Source: a virus
IMG/VR virus record: IMGVR_UViG_3300029441_000005
Span: 12,773 to 76,772 of that record
Strand: one strand, 5' to 3'
Length of the DNA stretch: 64,000 nt
A program made the translations under genes and the position numbers. The notes below the pieces were generated by a model. That model saw only the letters and a program-made list of their open reading frames with translations, ran no database searches and had not been told where the DNA came from. Positions within the stretch are counted from its first letter, which is position 1. Each line of letters begins with the position of its first letter. This document shows positions 63,982-64,000 of the stretch, one piece after another.

Positions 63982-64000
63982 AACTTTGATTTTATGATAT

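Overview
This 64-kb window is an almost gene-saturated stretch of an AT-rich tailed dsDNA phage with a contractile (myovirus-type) tail. About 90% of genes are on the minus strand. No integrase or lysogeny genes are visible. A Bacteroidota host is inferred from six copies of the Bacteroides-type promoter (-33 TTTG, 19-20 nt spacer, -7 TAnnTTTG).

Layout, in plus-strand coordinates:
- 0.3-2.0 kb: transcription factors, a sigma-r4-like HTH protein and a NusG-like protein.
- 2.0-12.4 kb: T4-like recombination and replication genes. These are Rad50/Mre11-like, a P-loop kinase, FEN, RecA-like, candidate SSB, GroES-like, a free-standing HNH endonuclease and a family-A DNA polymerase.
- 12.7-13.2 kb: three tRNAs, Leu-TAA, Pro-TGG and Met/Ile-CAT.
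- 13.3-17.7 kb: a nucleotide-modification operon with three tandem thymidylate-synthase-superfamily paralogs, a MazG-like protein and a dUTPase.
- 18.15-18.41 kb: a palindrome-rich gap.
- 18.4-23.7 kb: SF2 helicase, primase and DnaB-like helicase.
- 23.9-24.6 kb: a sigma-like gene on the plus strand.
- 24.6-41.8 kb: fibre candidate, amidase endolysin, a P2/Mu-like baseplate (I, J, W/gp25, V, D, LysM-X), tape measure, a chaperone with a -1 frameshift, tube and sheath.
- 41.8-51.2 kb: neck and head genes, including an HExxH membrane-protein insert, Ig-like and PKD proteins, major capsid, decoration, protease/scaffold and portal.
- 51.3-53.8 kb: large terminase interrupted by a 329-aa HNH-containing intein.
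- 54.6-59 kb: a C5-cytosine methyltransferase-like gene and an accessory island of small, mostly plus-strand and membrane-protein genes. The island includes a divergent paralog pair around a perfect palindrome.
- 59-64 kb: an early region of small, individually promoted minus-strand genes. They are separated by unusually large non-coding spacers full of GGCC/GGTACC-core palindromes built on TTAAGG/CCTTAA half-sites.

The most interesting candidates are the triple TS-like putative pyrimidine-hypermodification module and the palindrome-saturated early-region spacers. All calls come from reading the sequence and remembered family motifs. No database search was run.
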